NCBI GenBank assembly: GCA_963668175.1 | Contig: OY764159.1 | Span: 480,001-544,000 of the forward strand | Length of the DNA: 64,000 nt | Origin: Syntrophales bacterium | GTDB taxonomy: Bacteria; Desulfobacterota; Syntrophia; Syntrophales; PHBD01 | Direction of reading: 5' to 3' | Part shown: piece after piece, positions 21,739-32,621 of the stretch | How the letters are laid out: each line of letters opens with the position of its first letter | Position numbering within the stretch: position 1 is the stretch's first letter | Made by a program: the position numbers and the translations under genes | The notes under the pieces: generated by a model | Told to the model about the DNA's origin: nothing | The model's database searches: none | Seen by the model: the letters and a program-made list of their open reading frames with translations, nothing else

Positions 21739-22572
21739 ATGGAACTCTTAACGCCGACCAAGGCCCAGATCAAATCTTGGGAAAAACTGCGGCTTGCAAA
21801 ACTTCGGCGCCGGGACAACCTGTTTCTCGCAGAGGGCCGGAAAGTCGTTTCCGAACTCTTCAAGGGCGGATGGGAAGCGGCGGCGCTCCTCGTCCGGGAG
21901 GATCACGAGGATCACTGGCGGACGCTCTTGGCGGACCCCGCCGCATCGCAGACAGCCGCCTATCGGCTTTCCGCCAAACAGTGGCAGGCCTTAACGCAGG
22001 ACAAATCGCCGGAAGGCATCATGGCCCTGGCCAGATTACGGTCGTGCGAAGACTTGCCGGCGATTCTGGAAGCAACGACCGGACATGCCCTGCTCCTCGA
22101 CCGGATCAACAATCCCAACAACCTGGGCGCCCTGATGCGGACGGCGCTGTGGTTCGGCATCCGCCTGGTCCTCATCGGCCAAGGCTCCGTGGACTTTACC
22201 AATCCCAAGGTCGTGCGATCGTCGATGGGCAGCATCTTCCATATGACGATCGTCGACGATCTCCCGTTCCCGGAGACCATGGCGGTTTTAAAGAAGCATT
22301 TTTCTGTCATCGGAAGCCATGTCCACCGGGGCTTCACGCCCCATCCTTGCAGGCAGCGTTCGGCCATGATGTTCGGTAACGAAAGTCACGGCTTAACCGA
22401 AGAAATGCTGCAATACGCGGACGAAACCTGGCATATACAGGGCACAGGGGATGTGGATTCCCTGAGCCTGCCGCAGGCGGCGGCCGTCATGCTTTATGAA
22501 TGCACTCACAACGAGTGGAACGGAGGCGCATGTGGATCAGTTCATTCAAATCATCACCACGACGGACGATGA
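21739..22572 (+). CDS. TrmH/SpoU family RNA methyltransferase
   Basis: FLAEG, NPNNLGALMRTA, KVVRSSMG, FGNESHG, DSLSL. Confidence 0.9.
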   Translation: MELLTPTKAQIKSWEKLRLAKLRRRDNLFLAEGRKVVSELFKGGWEAAALLVREDHEDHWRTLLADPAASQTAAYRLSAKQWQALTQDKSPEGIMALARLRSCEDLPAILEATTGHALLLDRINNPNNLGALMRTALWFGIRLVLIGQGSVDFTNPKVVRSSMGSIFHMTIVDDLPFPETMAVLKKHFSVIGSHVHRGFTPHPCRQRSAMMFGNESHGLTEEMLQYADETWHIQGTGDVDSLSLPQAAAVMLYECTHNEWNGGACGSVHSNHHHDGR

Positions 22573-22855
22573 GGGCCTAGCCGGGAAGATCGCCGACACC
22601 CTTGTGGAAAAGCGGCTCGCGGCTTGCGTTCAGATTCTGGGACCGATCACCAGCGTCTATCGATGGAAAGGCAAAACAGAAAAGGCCCGGGAATGGCAAT
22701 GCCTCGTGAAAACGAGCCTTGATCGTTACGACGAGGTTGAGGCCGCCATCAAGGCGATTCATTCCTACGAAACGCCGGAGATCATTGCCCTGCCGATTAC
22801 GGCCGGCAGCCGTGAATACCTGGGGTGGCTCCGAGATGAGCTTGCCGTTGCATGA
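22532..22855 (+). CDS. cutA: divalent-cation tolerance protein
   Basis: LVEKRLAAC, SVYRWKG, HSYETPEII; GTG start after GGAGG. Confidence 0.93.
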   Translation: MDQFIQIITTTDDEGLAGKIADTLVEKRLAACVQILGPITSVYRWKGKTEKAREWQCLVKTSLDRYDEVEAAIKAIHSYETPEIIALPITAGSREYLGWLRDELAVA

Positions 22856-22858
22856 CCG

Positions 22859-23068
22859 TCATCCCTTGCGGAAGACGGCATTGGGATTGACCAGCTCGTC
22901 AACAGCGCAGGCCGGGCAAAAATAGGCGGGCACAACCGTCCCGCAACCCTCTGCCAGCAGTTCGAAACGGGCGCATTGCTCACATAAGGGCGTTCGGCAG
23001 TCGACGCAGGCCACGAAAAAGACTCCTTCCTTGCAGACGGCGCAGGTTTCCTGAGGTCGATCCATCAT
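22859..23068 (-). CDS. small Cys-rich putative Zn-binding protein
   Basis: AAGGAGG RBS; CAVC, CVDC, CEQC and CPAC in about 69 aa. Confidence 0.75.
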   Translation of the reverse strand: MMDRPQETCAVCKEGVFFVACVDCRTPLCEQCARFELLAEGCGTVVPAYFCPACAVDELVNPNAVFRKG

Positions 23069-23168
23069 CGGCACCTCCTTATCTCCCGAACGGACGGTTA
23101 AACGACTTCCCGGCAACCGGCATCGCCGTGGTCCGGATGCGAGTCTTTGCCTGCAATCGCGTCGGCGA

Positions 23169-24671
23169 TCAGGATCCGGACGGAAACAGGAGCCCCCGTT
23201 GGGCGGCGAAACCGTCTTTGCCTGCGGCCAGCATCAACGCAACCGGCATCGCCTGCCTGCCGAGCTCCGTCATGGATACGGCAATCCGGCGAATGTCCCA
23301 TTGGGCATGGCGGTCCGCCCGAAGACGGGCGATATGGTAAAGTTCCCTGGCGTTCACTTTCATGGCGACACGCTTCCGGTGCGCGTTCGTAAGGATATAG
23401 GGCGCCGCCGCCGGACTGATGTCGCGGATTTTACGGTAGACCGCCTCCGTGCGGCCGATGATGTCCCGAAACGCATCTTCCATGCCGACCTCCGCGATCG
23501 CCGGCGGCACCGTCACGCCAAGGTCCGGGTCGTAATCCTGGCAAGTCAGGGTCGCCATCCGATGCCGCTTCATCTGGGCGAAGCAGCTGGCGCTGATAAC
23601 AAGCTCGAACTGCAAGTCGACGAATTCAAACTCCCGCAGAACCGCATCATGGGATTTCAGGTAACATAATGCCGTTTTCACCAGGTCTTCCTTGTCGCGA
23701 ATGGTCATCTTCGCAGCGGTCTCAAGGCAGCGGTCCATCGGCAGAGATGAGACGGTATACAACAGCGACGCCGCGACGACATCGTCGGCCTGCGGAGTGA
23801 CGCGGACAAGCCGGACAGCCTCCGGTTCAGCCTCACGCGGATTTTTACATCGTGCGTCCGCGGCAAAATCCTCCTTGAGCAAACCGCTGTCATGGGAAAT
23901 CAACCAGTCTCGTATGGCCCGTTTGGTCAGGCGGTCGTAGTCGGTAGGCTCGGTATAGCGGATCAACGACGGGGCCACAGGACGGGTTATGTTGAAGAGT
24001 TCGCGGCTGATCCGGTTAACTTCCTGCAGCGGATGGGCGGCAAACCTCCGGAGCATCAATTCCAGATTCCTGGCGTTGATCGTCATTCCCAGTTGGGTTT
24101 CCGTCGCCAGGGAAATGATATAGCGGGCATCCTCCTTGGCCCAGCCTTCCAGGGTCGAGCGGTTGGCCGGATCGGCCGCCAGATCCTCATGCTGCGAAAA
24201 GACATAGGGCCGAAGCTTCGCGTAAAGCTCGTGATAGAAACGGTTCTGGCCGCGGATCGCGGCGACATATTCATCCCTGAGGCCCGGAGCGGCTATCTCT
24301 TCCGGAATGACGAAATCGTCCTGAAAAAGAACATAACGCTGCGATTTTTCTGTATAAGAAGCCAAACGAAATTTTTCGATTTCCTCGATGGCAAGCCTGG
24401 AGACACCGATCATGTCGATATTGAAAACGGCATGTTCGGCGATGGAGCTGTGCCCCATGTCGAAGACGATATTCGTGTTCGATTTCCTCGCCTTCTCGAC
24501 ATCCAATCGCGCGATCTGCCGCAACTCGTCGACCGCCTTCGGGCTCCTGCTGATACGCGCATAAGCCGCCGCCACCGTCTCAGGTGTCATATCCTGCGCT
24601 TCCGGACGGGCGGCCTGCCACTGATCGATAGTCTCCCGGTCGAGATTGTAGCCCCCTAGGATGACCTTCAT
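23169..24671 (-). CDS. thyX: FAD-dependent thymidylate synthase, long two-domain form
   Basis: GHSSIAEHA, SYTEKSQRY, EDARY, NAR in both halves, KRHR, HAQWDIR. Confidence 0.88.
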   Translation of the reverse strand: MKVILGGYNLDRETIDQWQAARPEAQDMTPETVAAAYARISRSPKAVDELRQIARLDVEKARKSNTNIVFDMGHSSIAEHAVFNIDMIGVSRLAIEEIEKFRLASYTEKSQRYVLFQDDFVIPEEIAAPGLRDEYVAAIRGQNRFYHELYAKLRPYVFSQHEDLAADPANRSTLEGWAKEDARYIISLATETQLGMTINARNLELMLRRFAAHPLQEVNRISRELFNITRPVAPSLIRYTEPTDYDRLTKRAIRDWLISHDSGLLKEDFAADARCKNPREAEPEAVRLVRVTPQADDVVAASLLYTVSSLPMDRCLETAAKMTIRDKEDLVKTALCYLKSHDAVLREFEFVDLQFELVISASCFAQMKRHRMATLTCQDYDPDLGVTVPPAIAEVGMEDAFRDIIGRTEAVYRKIRDISPAAAPYILTNAHRKRVAMKVNARELYHIARLRADRHAQWDIRRIAVSMTELGRQAMPVALMLAAGKDGFAAQRGLLFPSGS

Positions 24672-24692
24672 CGGCTCTGCTCCTTCATAGCG

Positions 24693-25499
24693 TCATAGTT
24701 TGACCACTTCCACATGGGACAGGGTTCTGCCCAGAAAATGCTCACCGATCGTCTGGAAACGGTAGGGAACATCGGTTACATAAAACCGATATTCCGGCGG
24801 CACGCGGGACGGGTTCTCCATGCGGGATTCGGTCAGAAGCGCGGCGGCAATGTCGGCCATCGATTCCGCCGAGTCGATCAACATGACATCCTGTCCCATG
24901 ATATCCTGAATGAGCGGCTTGATGAGGGGATAATGGGTACACCCCAGAACCAGGGTATCGATGTGTTCCGCCTGGACCGATTTCAGGTACTCCTGCGCGG
25001 TCAGGCGAGTGACGGGATGATCCAGCCAACCCTCTTCGACTAGAGGGACAAACAGCGGGCACGCCTGGGAAAAGACGTAACTGCCGGCATCGTGGCTGTA
25101 TATAGCCCGGGCATAGGCATTGCTGTTGATGGTCGTGGGCGTCCCGATGACGCCGACGCGCCTGCTGCGGGTCCTGGCCGCCGCCATTCGGGCGCTGGCA
25201 TCGATAACGTCCAGAACGGGAACGGGAGATAAGGCCTTGATCGAGTCGATGGCAACCGCCGCCATGGTATTGCAGGCGACGATGAGCATTTTCACGTCCT
25301 TGGCCAGGAGAAAGTTCGTGATCTCCCGGGCATACTGGTTAATGGTTGCTACGGATTTCACGCCGTAGGGCACACGGGCCGTATCTCCGAAATAGATGAT
25401 ATTTTCAAACGGTACTCGCTCCATGAGGGCCCGGAAAACCGTCAGGCCGCCGACACCGGAATCGAATACGCCGATGGCATTTTCGCTTTTATCCTTCAT
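24693..25499 (-). CDS. murI: glutamate racemase
   Basis: FDSGVGGL, ACNT, LGCTHYP. Confidence 0.97.
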   Translation of the reverse strand: MKDKSENAIGVFDSGVGGLTVFRALMERVPFENIIYFGDTARVPYGVKSVATINQYAREITNFLLAKDVKMLIVACNTMAAVAIDSIKALSPVPVLDVIDASARMAAARTRSRRVGVIGTPTTINSNAYARAIYSHDAGSYVFSQACPLFVPLVEEGWLDHPVTRLTAQEYLKSVQAEHIDTLVLGCTHYPLIKPLIQDIMGQDVMLIDSAESMADIAAALLTESRMENPSRVPPEYRFYVTDVPYRFQTIGEHFLGRTLSHVEVVKL

Positions 25500-25588
25500 A
25501 TCAATCGAATCTGTTCCTCTCTAAGGTCTGCCCGGCCGCTGCACCGCTTCGGTCACCCGGGCGGCGGCTTTTCCTCCGCCGCAGGTCG

Positions 25589-26773
25589 TCAGCCGGCCGC
25601 TTGGTCTGTGTATTTGGATTTCCTGCTGCCCCCGTATAAATCGTATTCGAGGAGGCGGCAGGGCAGTTCACCGTTATAAAAAGGGAGCCGGCGCTTGGTC
25701 CGCAGCCCGACTTTCTTGGCCAGGTCCAGGTTCCCGGTGAAAATGTACCCTGCATATCCCTGGCACTTTTGCTTAAAAAAATCGCCGATGCCCCTGTAAA
25801 CGCCTTCCAGTTCCTTCAGATCTCCCAAACGGTAGCCGTACTCGGGATTGACAACCACGATGCCGTTTTCTTCCGGCATTTTCGTAGCGGCATAATCGCA
25901 GACATCAAAGGCGATCATATGGGCAACACCGGCCGCCCGGGCGTTTCTCGACGCCGACATAACCGCCTTCTTACTGATATCCGTTGCCACGATTCTGCCT
26001 GGCATCGTCGGCTGCTCTTTTTTGCGGGCTTCGATAAGCAAAGCATCCCACCTTGCCGGCTCGAATCCCTTCACATGCATAAAACCGAAGTTGGGCCGGG
26101 TGAGTCCGGGGGCCTTGCCCGATTTGATAAGGGCCGCTTCAATAGCCAAGGTACCGCTGCCGCACATGGGGTTGACGAACGTCCCCGCTCCGTCCCATCC
26201 TGTCGCAAGGATTACTGCTGCAGCCAGCGTTTCCTGCATGGGAGCATGCATGGGGAGTTTCCGGTAACCCCGTTTGGCCAGAGGTTCGCCCGACGTGTCG
26301 AGATACACCGAAACGTCGTCGGCCTTCCAGTATACGTGGACGACCACCTTCTCCCGTCCGGGACCCGAATCAGGACGGCGGCCGCATTTCTTCCGGATCC
26401 TGTCGACAACGGCGTCCTTGGCCCGGACGTTTACAAAGCGGTTGTCGGTGATGGTCTCATTATCCACCGTCGAACTGACGGTGACATAATCATCCTCGCG
26501 TATGAGCCGTTCCCAGGGAAAGCCGACCATACGGCCGTAAAGTTCGCCGGCGTTTCTCGCCTTGAAGCCTTCGAGAAAAAAGAAGACGCGGTGCCCTGTC
26601 CTCACATGAAGGTTCAGCGTCATGGTTTCCGCGAGGGTCCCTTCGGTCTCGACGGCCAGATCCGATTCGGCCGTCACCGGAAACCCGAGCGTCCTCACTT
26701 CCGCAGCCGTCAAGGGAGGCACATGCCGGGAGCAGGTAATGAGAATCCTTCGTTTTTGCTCCCAGATCGACAT
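25589..26773 (-). CDS. THUMP-domain class I RNA methyltransferase (RlmL/RlmK-like)
   Basis: LDTSGEPLAKRGYR, APMQETLAA, PMCGSGT, NPEYG. Confidence 0.9.
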   Translation of the reverse strand: MSIWEQKRRILITCSRHVPPLTAAEVRTLGFPVTAESDLAVETEGTLAETMTLNLHVRTGHRVFFFLEGFKARNAGELYGRMVGFPWERLIREDDYVTVSSTVDNETITDNRFVNVRAKDAVVDRIRKKCGRRPDSGPGREKVVVHVYWKADDVSVYLDTSGEPLAKRGYRKLPMHAPMQETLAAAVILATGWDGAGTFVNPMCGSGTLAIEAALIKSGKAPGLTRPNFGFMHVKGFEPARWDALLIEARKKEQPTMPGRIVATDISKKAVMSASRNARAAGVAHMIAFDVCDYAATKMPEENGIVVVNPEYGYRLGDLKELEGVYRGIGDFFKQKCQGYAGYIFTGNLDLAKKVGLRTKRRLPFYNGELPCRLLEYDLYGGSRKSKYTDQAAG

Positions 26774-26799
26774 ACCAGTCACGAAATCCCGTACCCCGG

Positions 26800-27231
26800 T
26801 TACAGGGCGTAGAGTTTGGCACCGTTTACCACGGTCATGGAATTCTTTAAGAGCACGTCGATGGCTGCATCGGGATTGTCGAAACGGAAGATGATGACGG
26901 CATTCTCTCCGCTCTTTTCAACAAAAGCGTAGAGATATTCGACATTGATGCTGTTTTTGGACAGTACCGCCAGGATGCTGTACAGGCCGCCCGGCCGGTC
27001 CGGCACTTCGACGGCGACAACCGTGGTCCGGCTCACCGTCAGGCCGTTTTCCTTCAGTACCCTGGTCGTCTTTTCCACATCGTTGACGATCAGACGGAGA
27101 ATGCCGAAGTCGGAAGTATCGGCCAGGTTGAGAGTCCGGATATTGATATCGGCGTCCTTGAGGATTCTCATGACATCTTCGAGGCCGCCCGGTTTGTTTT
27201 CCAAAAAAATCGATACTTGTTCCACTTTCAC
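26800..27231 (-). CDS. ACT-domain amino-acid-binding protein (PaaK-associated)
   Basis: [42 protein letters not shown] start after AGGAGG. Confidence 0.88.
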   Translation of the reverse strand: MKVEQVSIFLENKPGGLEDVMRILKDADINIRTLNLADTSDFGILRLIVNDVEKTTRVLKENGLTVSRTTVVAVEVPDRPGGLYSILAVLSKNSINVEYLYAFVEKSGENAVIIFRFDNPDAAIDVLLKNSMTVVNGAKLYAL

Positions 27232-27304
27232 GACAGTCCTCCTTCTCATCACAAAGATGGTCCGACCCTTGTTGCTACGTTCCCGCTCGCATCGGCTTCA
27301 GGAA

Positions 27305-28612
27305 TCAAATTTTCCTTTTGTCGTTCACGCGGCTCGCCTTTCCCTCAAAACGCTGCAGGGATTTCGGTTCCACGAGCTTGATCTTGGCGGTTATTCCCAG
27401 GTAGTCCTTCAGGTCTTTTACGATGCGCCGCTCGATTTTCTGGAGCACCTTGACTTCCCCGGCATCGGAAAATATTCTTTCATTGACCTCGACCTGCACT
27501 TCCAACGTGTCCAGAGTGCCTTCACGGTCGACAATCAATTGATAATGGGGTTCCAGGCCATCGATACCGACCAGAACCGCCTCAATTTGGGATGGAAAGA
27601 CATTGACGCCGCGAATGATCAGCATGTCGTCGCTCCGGCCGGAAACGCGTTCCATACGGATGTGGGTCCTTCCGCACCGGCACGGCTCGGGAATCAAGGC
27701 CGAAATATCCCTCGTACGGTAACGGATCAGCGGGAAGGCCTCCTTGGTAATGGTCGTAAAGACAAGTTCCCCGGTCTCGCCCGGCGGCAGCACTTCGCCC
27801 GTTTCGGGATTGATCGTTTCAATGATGAAGTGGTCCTCAAAGATGTGCATGCCGTGGCGCCCTTCCAGACATTCCATCGCGACGCCGGGCCCCATGACTT
27901 CTGACAGGCCGTAGATGTTTAATGCTTTGATATTTAAAACGTTTTCTATTTCCTGGCGCATCGTGTCGCTCCAGGGCTCTGCACCGAAGATGCCGACACG
28001 CAATTTCAGGGCGGCCATGTCGACCCCCATGGCCTTCCCCTGTTCGGCAAGATTCAGGGCGTAGGAGGGGGTGCAGCATATCGCCGTCGGCCCGAAATCC
28101 TGCAGGATCATGATCTGCCTCTTCGTGTTGCCGCCGGACATGGGGATAACGCTCGCGCCCAGCTTTTCGGCCCCGTAATGGGCGCCGAGGCCTCCCGTAA
28201 AAAGGCCATAGCCATAGGCGTTATGGATGATATCGTTCTTGGTCAAGCCGGCAGCGACGAAACAACGGGCGATCAATTCCGACCAGGTTTCAATGTCGCG
28301 CTTCGTATAGCCCACGACGGTGGACCGTCCGGTCGTCCCCGACGAAGCATGAAGCCTGACGACGGAACTCATGGGCACCGCGAACATGCCGAACGGGTAA
28401 TTGTCCCGTAAATCCTGCTTCGTGGTAAAAGGCAGCCGCTTCAGATCGTCGAGGCTGCGGATGTCATCCGGCGCAATACCCGCTTCGTCGAACGACTTAC
28501 GGTAAAAACCAACCATGTGGTAGACGCGTTGCACGACCTGTTGCAGTCTTTTCAGTTGCAGCGCTTCCAGGGCCTCCCTGGGCAAGGTTTCAAACTCTTC
28601 GTTATAAATCAT
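27305..28612 (-). CDS. paaK: phenylacetate-CoA ligase family protein
   Basis: [50 protein letters not shown]. Confidence 0.93.
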   Translation of the reverse strand: MIYNEEFETLPREALEALQLKRLQQVVQRVYHMVGFYRKSFDEAGIAPDDIRSLDDLKRLPFTTKQDLRDNYPFGMFAVPMSSVVRLHASSGTTGRSTVVGYTKRDIETWSELIARCFVAAGLTKNDIIHNAYGYGLFTGGLGAHYGAEKLGASVIPMSGGNTKRQIMILQDFGPTAICCTPSYALNLAEQGKAMGVDMAALKLRVGIFGAEPWSDTMRQEIENVLNIKALNIYGLSEVMGPGVAMECLEGRHGMHIFEDHFIIETINPETGEVLPPGETGELVFTTITKEAFPLIRYRTRDISALIPEPCRCGRTHIRMERVSGRSDDMLIIRGVNVFPSQIEAVLVGIDGLEPHYQLIVDREGTLDTLEVQVEVNERIFSDAGEVKVLQKIERRIVKDLKDYLGITAKIKLVEPKSLQRFEGKASRVNDKRKI

Positions 28613-28669
28613 CTATTTTGTCCCCCTCTTTCATTGTCGGCTAACCGCTCGGAGCATCGTCGCCACGCC

Positions 28670-29227
28670 TCAGCGAAGGCTTCCGGTCAGATACTCCATA
28701 TAATATCGATAAAAGGCGGCGATAACCAGGGCATGGGTAATCTCGCCCTCCCTGATCATTCGCGGTATATCGGCCAGTGGTTTTAAGATGACGTCGATGT
28801 CTTCCTTTTCATCCTGTTTCTGCTCGCCGATCGCGTACACGTTTTTTGCGAGATAGGTGTAACACCGGTTATTCTGGATGGCCGGGTTGGGCTCGACGTA
28901 GCCGAGGCCAACCAGGGATTCCTCCGCGTAGCCGGTTTCTTCTCTCAATTCCCTGCGAGCCGCCTCTTCCGGAGAATCTTCGCCTTCGACCAGACCGCCG
29001 GGGATTTCAATCGTTATTTCCCGCGTCCCATGGCGGTATTGCCTGACCAAAACAACCTCATTCTTATCCGTCAAGGGAATGACGTTCACCCAGGCGGACG
29101 ACTCGAGTACGAAAAAATCATGGGATCGGCCCGTTCTCGGAGAGCGCGCGTGATCGGTACGGAGTGAAAAGACGCGGTAAGATTTATCGGGTTTGCTGGA
29201 AATAATACTCCATTTATCAGGGGCCAT
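28670..29227 (-). CDS. NUDIX hydrolase (ADP-ribose pyrophosphatase-like)
   Basis: Nudix box GLVEGEDSPEEAARRELREETG. Confidence 0.93.
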   Translation of the reverse strand: MAPDKWSIISSKPDKSYRVFSLRTDHARSPRTGRSHDFFVLESSAWVNVIPLTDKNEVVLVRQYRHGTREITIEIPGGLVEGEDSPEEAARRELREETGYAEESLVGLGYVEPNPAIQNNRCYTYLAKNVYAIGEQKQDEKEDIDVILKPLADIPRMIREGEITHALVIAAFYRYYMEYLTGSLR

Positions 29228-29318
29228 CGTTCCGTTCTCATGATGTTTTTATAGCGTACCTATAACATCATTCGGCGTAAAAATGAAGGGAAAGCGTCCA
29301 TAATATTCTTTGAAGTTC

Positions 29319-29346
29319 TTTACAAATCCATATCTGTGGTTATAAT
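29319..29346 (+). promoter_or_regulatory. putative sigma-70 promoter for hsp20-lon
   Basis: TTTACA (29319-24), 16-nt spacer, TATAAT (29341-46). Confidence 0.55.
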
Positions 29347-29457
29347 CTATAAAGAGCGTGATGAGTATAGAGGTAGAGGCCTCACACCCGGCAGGATGTT
29401 CGGTCGACCGGTTGCGGGGACATGCAGGCAGGGCCGTTTAGCGTTTAGGAGTAAGAC

Positions 29458-29904
29458 ATGAATTTCATCAGAATTCGTTTCGGCGACGATTTTTTCACCG
29501 GTGACCCCGAAATTCACAAGAGCATCACCGAGATGTTCCGTACCGCAAGGCCGGCGTATGCGCCGTCCCAGCATATCTGGCGACCCCATACGGATATTTT
29601 CGAAACGCCCCGCGACATTATCGTCATGGCGGAAATTGCCGGTGTGAACAAAGAGGACATCCAGCTCGAAGTGACTTCCAAGGCTTTGAAAATATCCGGC
29701 AGAAGACAGGAAAAGATCCTGAAGAAAGGCGCAAAATATCGGCTGGCGGAAATTTCGTACGGCTATTTCGAGCGCAGCTTCAATCTGCCTTCACCCATCG
29801 AAATCGACACGGTGGTTGCGACCTATACCGACGGCGTCCTGGAGATCAGGCTGACCAAACTGACTGATGACCGGCGTCAGAAGATCCAGATCAAGACGAC
29901 GTAG
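29458..29904 (+). CDS. Hsp20/alpha-crystallin small heat shock protein
   Basis: WRPHTDIFE, EIAGV, YGYFERSFNLP, ATYTDGVLEI. Confidence 0.93.
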   Translation: MNFIRIRFGDDFFTGDPEIHKSITEMFRTARPAYAPSQHIWRPHTDIFETPRDIIVMAEIAGVNKEDIQLEVTSKALKISGRRQEKILKKGAKYRLAEISYGYFERSFNLPSPIEIDTVVATYTDGVLEIRLTKLTDDRRQKIQIKTT

Positions 29905-29978
29905 ACGCATCATCGGCAGGAACGGCAAAGCCGCAGATGTTTCACATATAACACGTACGCATATGCGCGGAGGCTCTC

Positions 29979-32327
29979 ATGGCGGACGAATCACAACAGG
30001 ACAACTTGAAAGTCATTCAGATACCGGAAATTCTTCCGATTATGCCGCTCTACAATATCGCCATCTTTCCCAGGATGATGTTTCCCATGGAGGTCTTTGG
30101 AGAACAATCCATCACCCTGGTCGATGAGGCCATGTCCAAGGACCGTATTATCGGTCTGCTCCTTTCCAAAAAATCGCCCCAGGAAATCACGCATAAACCT
30201 GAGGATTTCTATAACATCGGCACAAGCGTCATCATTCTGAAAATGGCAAAATCGGGAGACAACAAGGCCCAACTCCTCGTCCAGGGCATTATGCGTTTCC
30301 GGGTCAAGGAGTTTATCGAAAGCGAGCCGTACGTCCAGGCGCGCATCGAAACCGTTGAAGATTCTCCCGACAAAGACATTGAAATCGAGGCGCTGATGGC
30401 CAATATCATCAGCCTGTTCGACCGTATCGTACATTTGACGCCGCTGATTCCCCAGGAATTGGTTGCCATGTCGAAATCCATCACGGAACCCGGTGTCCTG
30501 GCGGATATGGTCGCGTCCATCATCAACATCTCGACGGAAGAGAAGCAGGCCATCCTGGAAACGTTCGACATCAAAGACCGCCTGAAAGAAGTGACCCGTC
30601 AGGTGAATCACCAGGTGGAAATCCTCGAACTGGGCAGCAAGATCCAGACCCAGGTGAAGGACGACATGGACAAAACCCAACGGGAGTACTATCTGAGGCA
30701 GCAGCTCAACGCCATCAGAAAAGAACTGGGCGAAAGCGACGAGTCGAAGGTCGAACTCGATGAATACCGTGATAAAATCGAAAAGAAAGCCCTTCCCGAA
30801 GAAGCCAAGAAGGAGGCCCTGCGGGAGCTTGACCGTCTATCTCGGATGCATCCCTCTTCCTCGGAATATACGGTTTCGTCCACGTATCTGGATTGGATCA
30901 CCACGCTGCCCTGGAACGAAAGCACGCCGGACAATCTGGATACGAAGAAAGCCCGCAAGGTACTCGATGAGGACCATTACGGCCTGGAAAAGGCCAAAAA
31001 GCGCATCATCGAATATCTCGCCGTGCGCAAGCTGAAACCCGATTCCAAGGGACCCATCCTCTGCTTCGCAGGCCCCCCGGGAACGGGCAAGACGTCGCTT
31101 GGGCACTCCATTGCGCGGGCCCTGGGCCGTAAATTCATACGCATATCGCTGGGCGGCGTCCACGATGAGGCTGAAATCAGGGGACATCGCCGTACATACG
31201 TCGGGGCGCTGCCCGGACGTATCATCCAGGGTATCAGGCGGGCCGAATCGAACAATCCCGTCTTTATGCTCGACGAGATCGACAAGGTCGGAAGCGACTT
31301 CCGCGGCGATCCCTCCTCCGCTCTCCTGGAGGTCCTGGACCCGGAGCAGAATTTTTCCTTCAGGGACAATTACCTGGATCTCTCCTTCGATTTGTCGCAC
31401 GTCATGTTCATTACGACGGCCAACATCCTTGATACGATACCGCCGGCTCTGCGCGATAGGCTCGAAATCATAGATCTTTTGGGATATACCCTGGACGAAA
31501 AGGTCCATATAGCACAGAACTATCTCATTCCGAGGCAAATCGAGGAGAATGGACTCAAGAAAGGGCAGCTTACGTTTACCCGGGGAGCGATCAAGGAAGT
31601 CATTGAAGGATATACCAGGGAGGCGGGCGTGAGGAACCTGGAAAGGGAGATCGCCACGATCTGCCGCGGTATTGCCAGCGCCCTGGCCGAGGACGCTAAA
31701 AAAATACCGGCGATTTCGGTAAAAGACGTCCATAAATACCTGGGGGCCATCCGTATGCCCTCGGAGATCGACATCAGGGTTTCCAAACCGGGCGTGGCCA
31801 TCGGCCTGGCCTGGACGCCGACGGGAGGCGACTTACTCTTCATCGAAGCCACCGCCATGAAAGGGAACAAAGGTCTCACGCTGACGGGTCAACTTGGCGA
31901 TGTCATGAAGGAATCGGCCACGGCCGCCCTGAGCTTCGTCCGGGCCAACGCGAAGCATCTCGGCATTGCGGAAGATTTTTACGACACCCATGACATTCAT
32001 ATCCATGTACCGTCAGGCGCCATACCCAAAGACGGGCCGTCCGCCGGCGTAACGATGCTCACGGCGCTGGCATCGCTTCTAACCAACCGCAAATTGAAGA
32101 AAGACCTTGCCATGACAGGCGAAATCACCCTGCGGGGTGTCGTCCTGCCGGTAGGAGGCATCAAGGAAAAGGTCCTCGCGGCGCACCGCGCAGGAATCAA
32201 GACCATCATTCTACCCAAATGGAACAAGAAGGACCTCGAGGATATTCCCGGCAATGTCAGAACGGATATCAACTTCTTGTTTGTCGACGAGATGCTCGAT
32301 GTCCTGAAGATCGCCCTGGGCATCTGA
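29979..32327 (+). CDS. lon: ATP-dependent Lon protease
   Basis: GPPGTGKT, RRTYVGALPG, PKDGPSAG (catalytic Ser), GGIKEK. Confidence 0.98.
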   Translation: MADESQQDNLKVIQIPEILPIMPLYNIAIFPRMMFPMEVFGEQSITLVDEAMSKDRIIGLLLSKKSPQEITHKPEDFYNIGTSVIILKMAKSGDNKAQLLVQGIMRFRVKEFIESEPYVQARIETVEDSPDKDIEIEALMANIISLFDRIVHLTPLIPQELVAMSKSITEPGVLADMVASIINISTEEKQAILETFDIKDRLKEVTRQVNHQVEILELGSKIQTQVKDDMDKTQREYYLRQQLNAIRKELGESDESKVELDEYRDKIEKKALPEEAKKEALRELDRLSRMHPSSSEYTVSSTYLDWITTLPWNESTPDNLDTKKARKVLDEDHYGLEKAKKRIIEYLAVRKLKPDSKGPILCFAGPPGTGKTSLGHSIARALGRKFIRISLGGVHDEAEIRGHRRTYVGALPGRIIQGIRRAESNNPVFMLDEIDKVGSDFRGDPSSALLEVLDPEQNFSFRDNYLDLSFDLSHVMFITTANILDTIPPALRDRLEIIDLLGYTLDEKVHIAQNYLIPRQIEENGLKKGQLTFTRGAIKEVIEGYTREAGVRNLEREIATICRGIASALAEDAKKIPAISVKDVHKYLGAIRMPSEIDIRVSKPGVAIGLAWTPTGGDLLFIEATAMKGNKGLTLTGQLGDVMKESATAALSFVRANAKHLGIAEDFYDTHDIHIHVPSGAIPKDGPSAGVTMLTALASLLTNRKLKKDLAMTGEITLRGVVLPVGGIKEKVLAAHRAGIKTIILPKWNKKDLEDIPGNVRTDINFLFVDEMLDVLKIALGI

Positions 32328-32621
32328 TCCGAACCTCAACAGCGATGTCCCTGCGGACGGCACGCGTCAGCGGGGACATCGAACATGCCAAGGGATCTGT
32401 GGGTGAATCCGCAGACTGAAATTTTGACGGCAAGCCTTTTCAGGCTGCGGCTTCCCTGTACCGACGGCGGATCACCACGATCATCATTAGTCTGCTTGTT
32501 CTAGGGCGCCTCCTTTCTTAATATCATTCCGGATCATCGATTGCACTTCCCGCAAACATATGGTAGAGGCTTCGAGAATTAGCGCATAGCTCGTCTATCT
32601 ATCGAAATCGAGGTAATTCCA

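Noticed and set aside
29347..29457. Long hsp20 5' leader as an RNA thermometer
   Set aside because: I could not identify a ROSE or fourU motif pairing with the AGGAG RBS.
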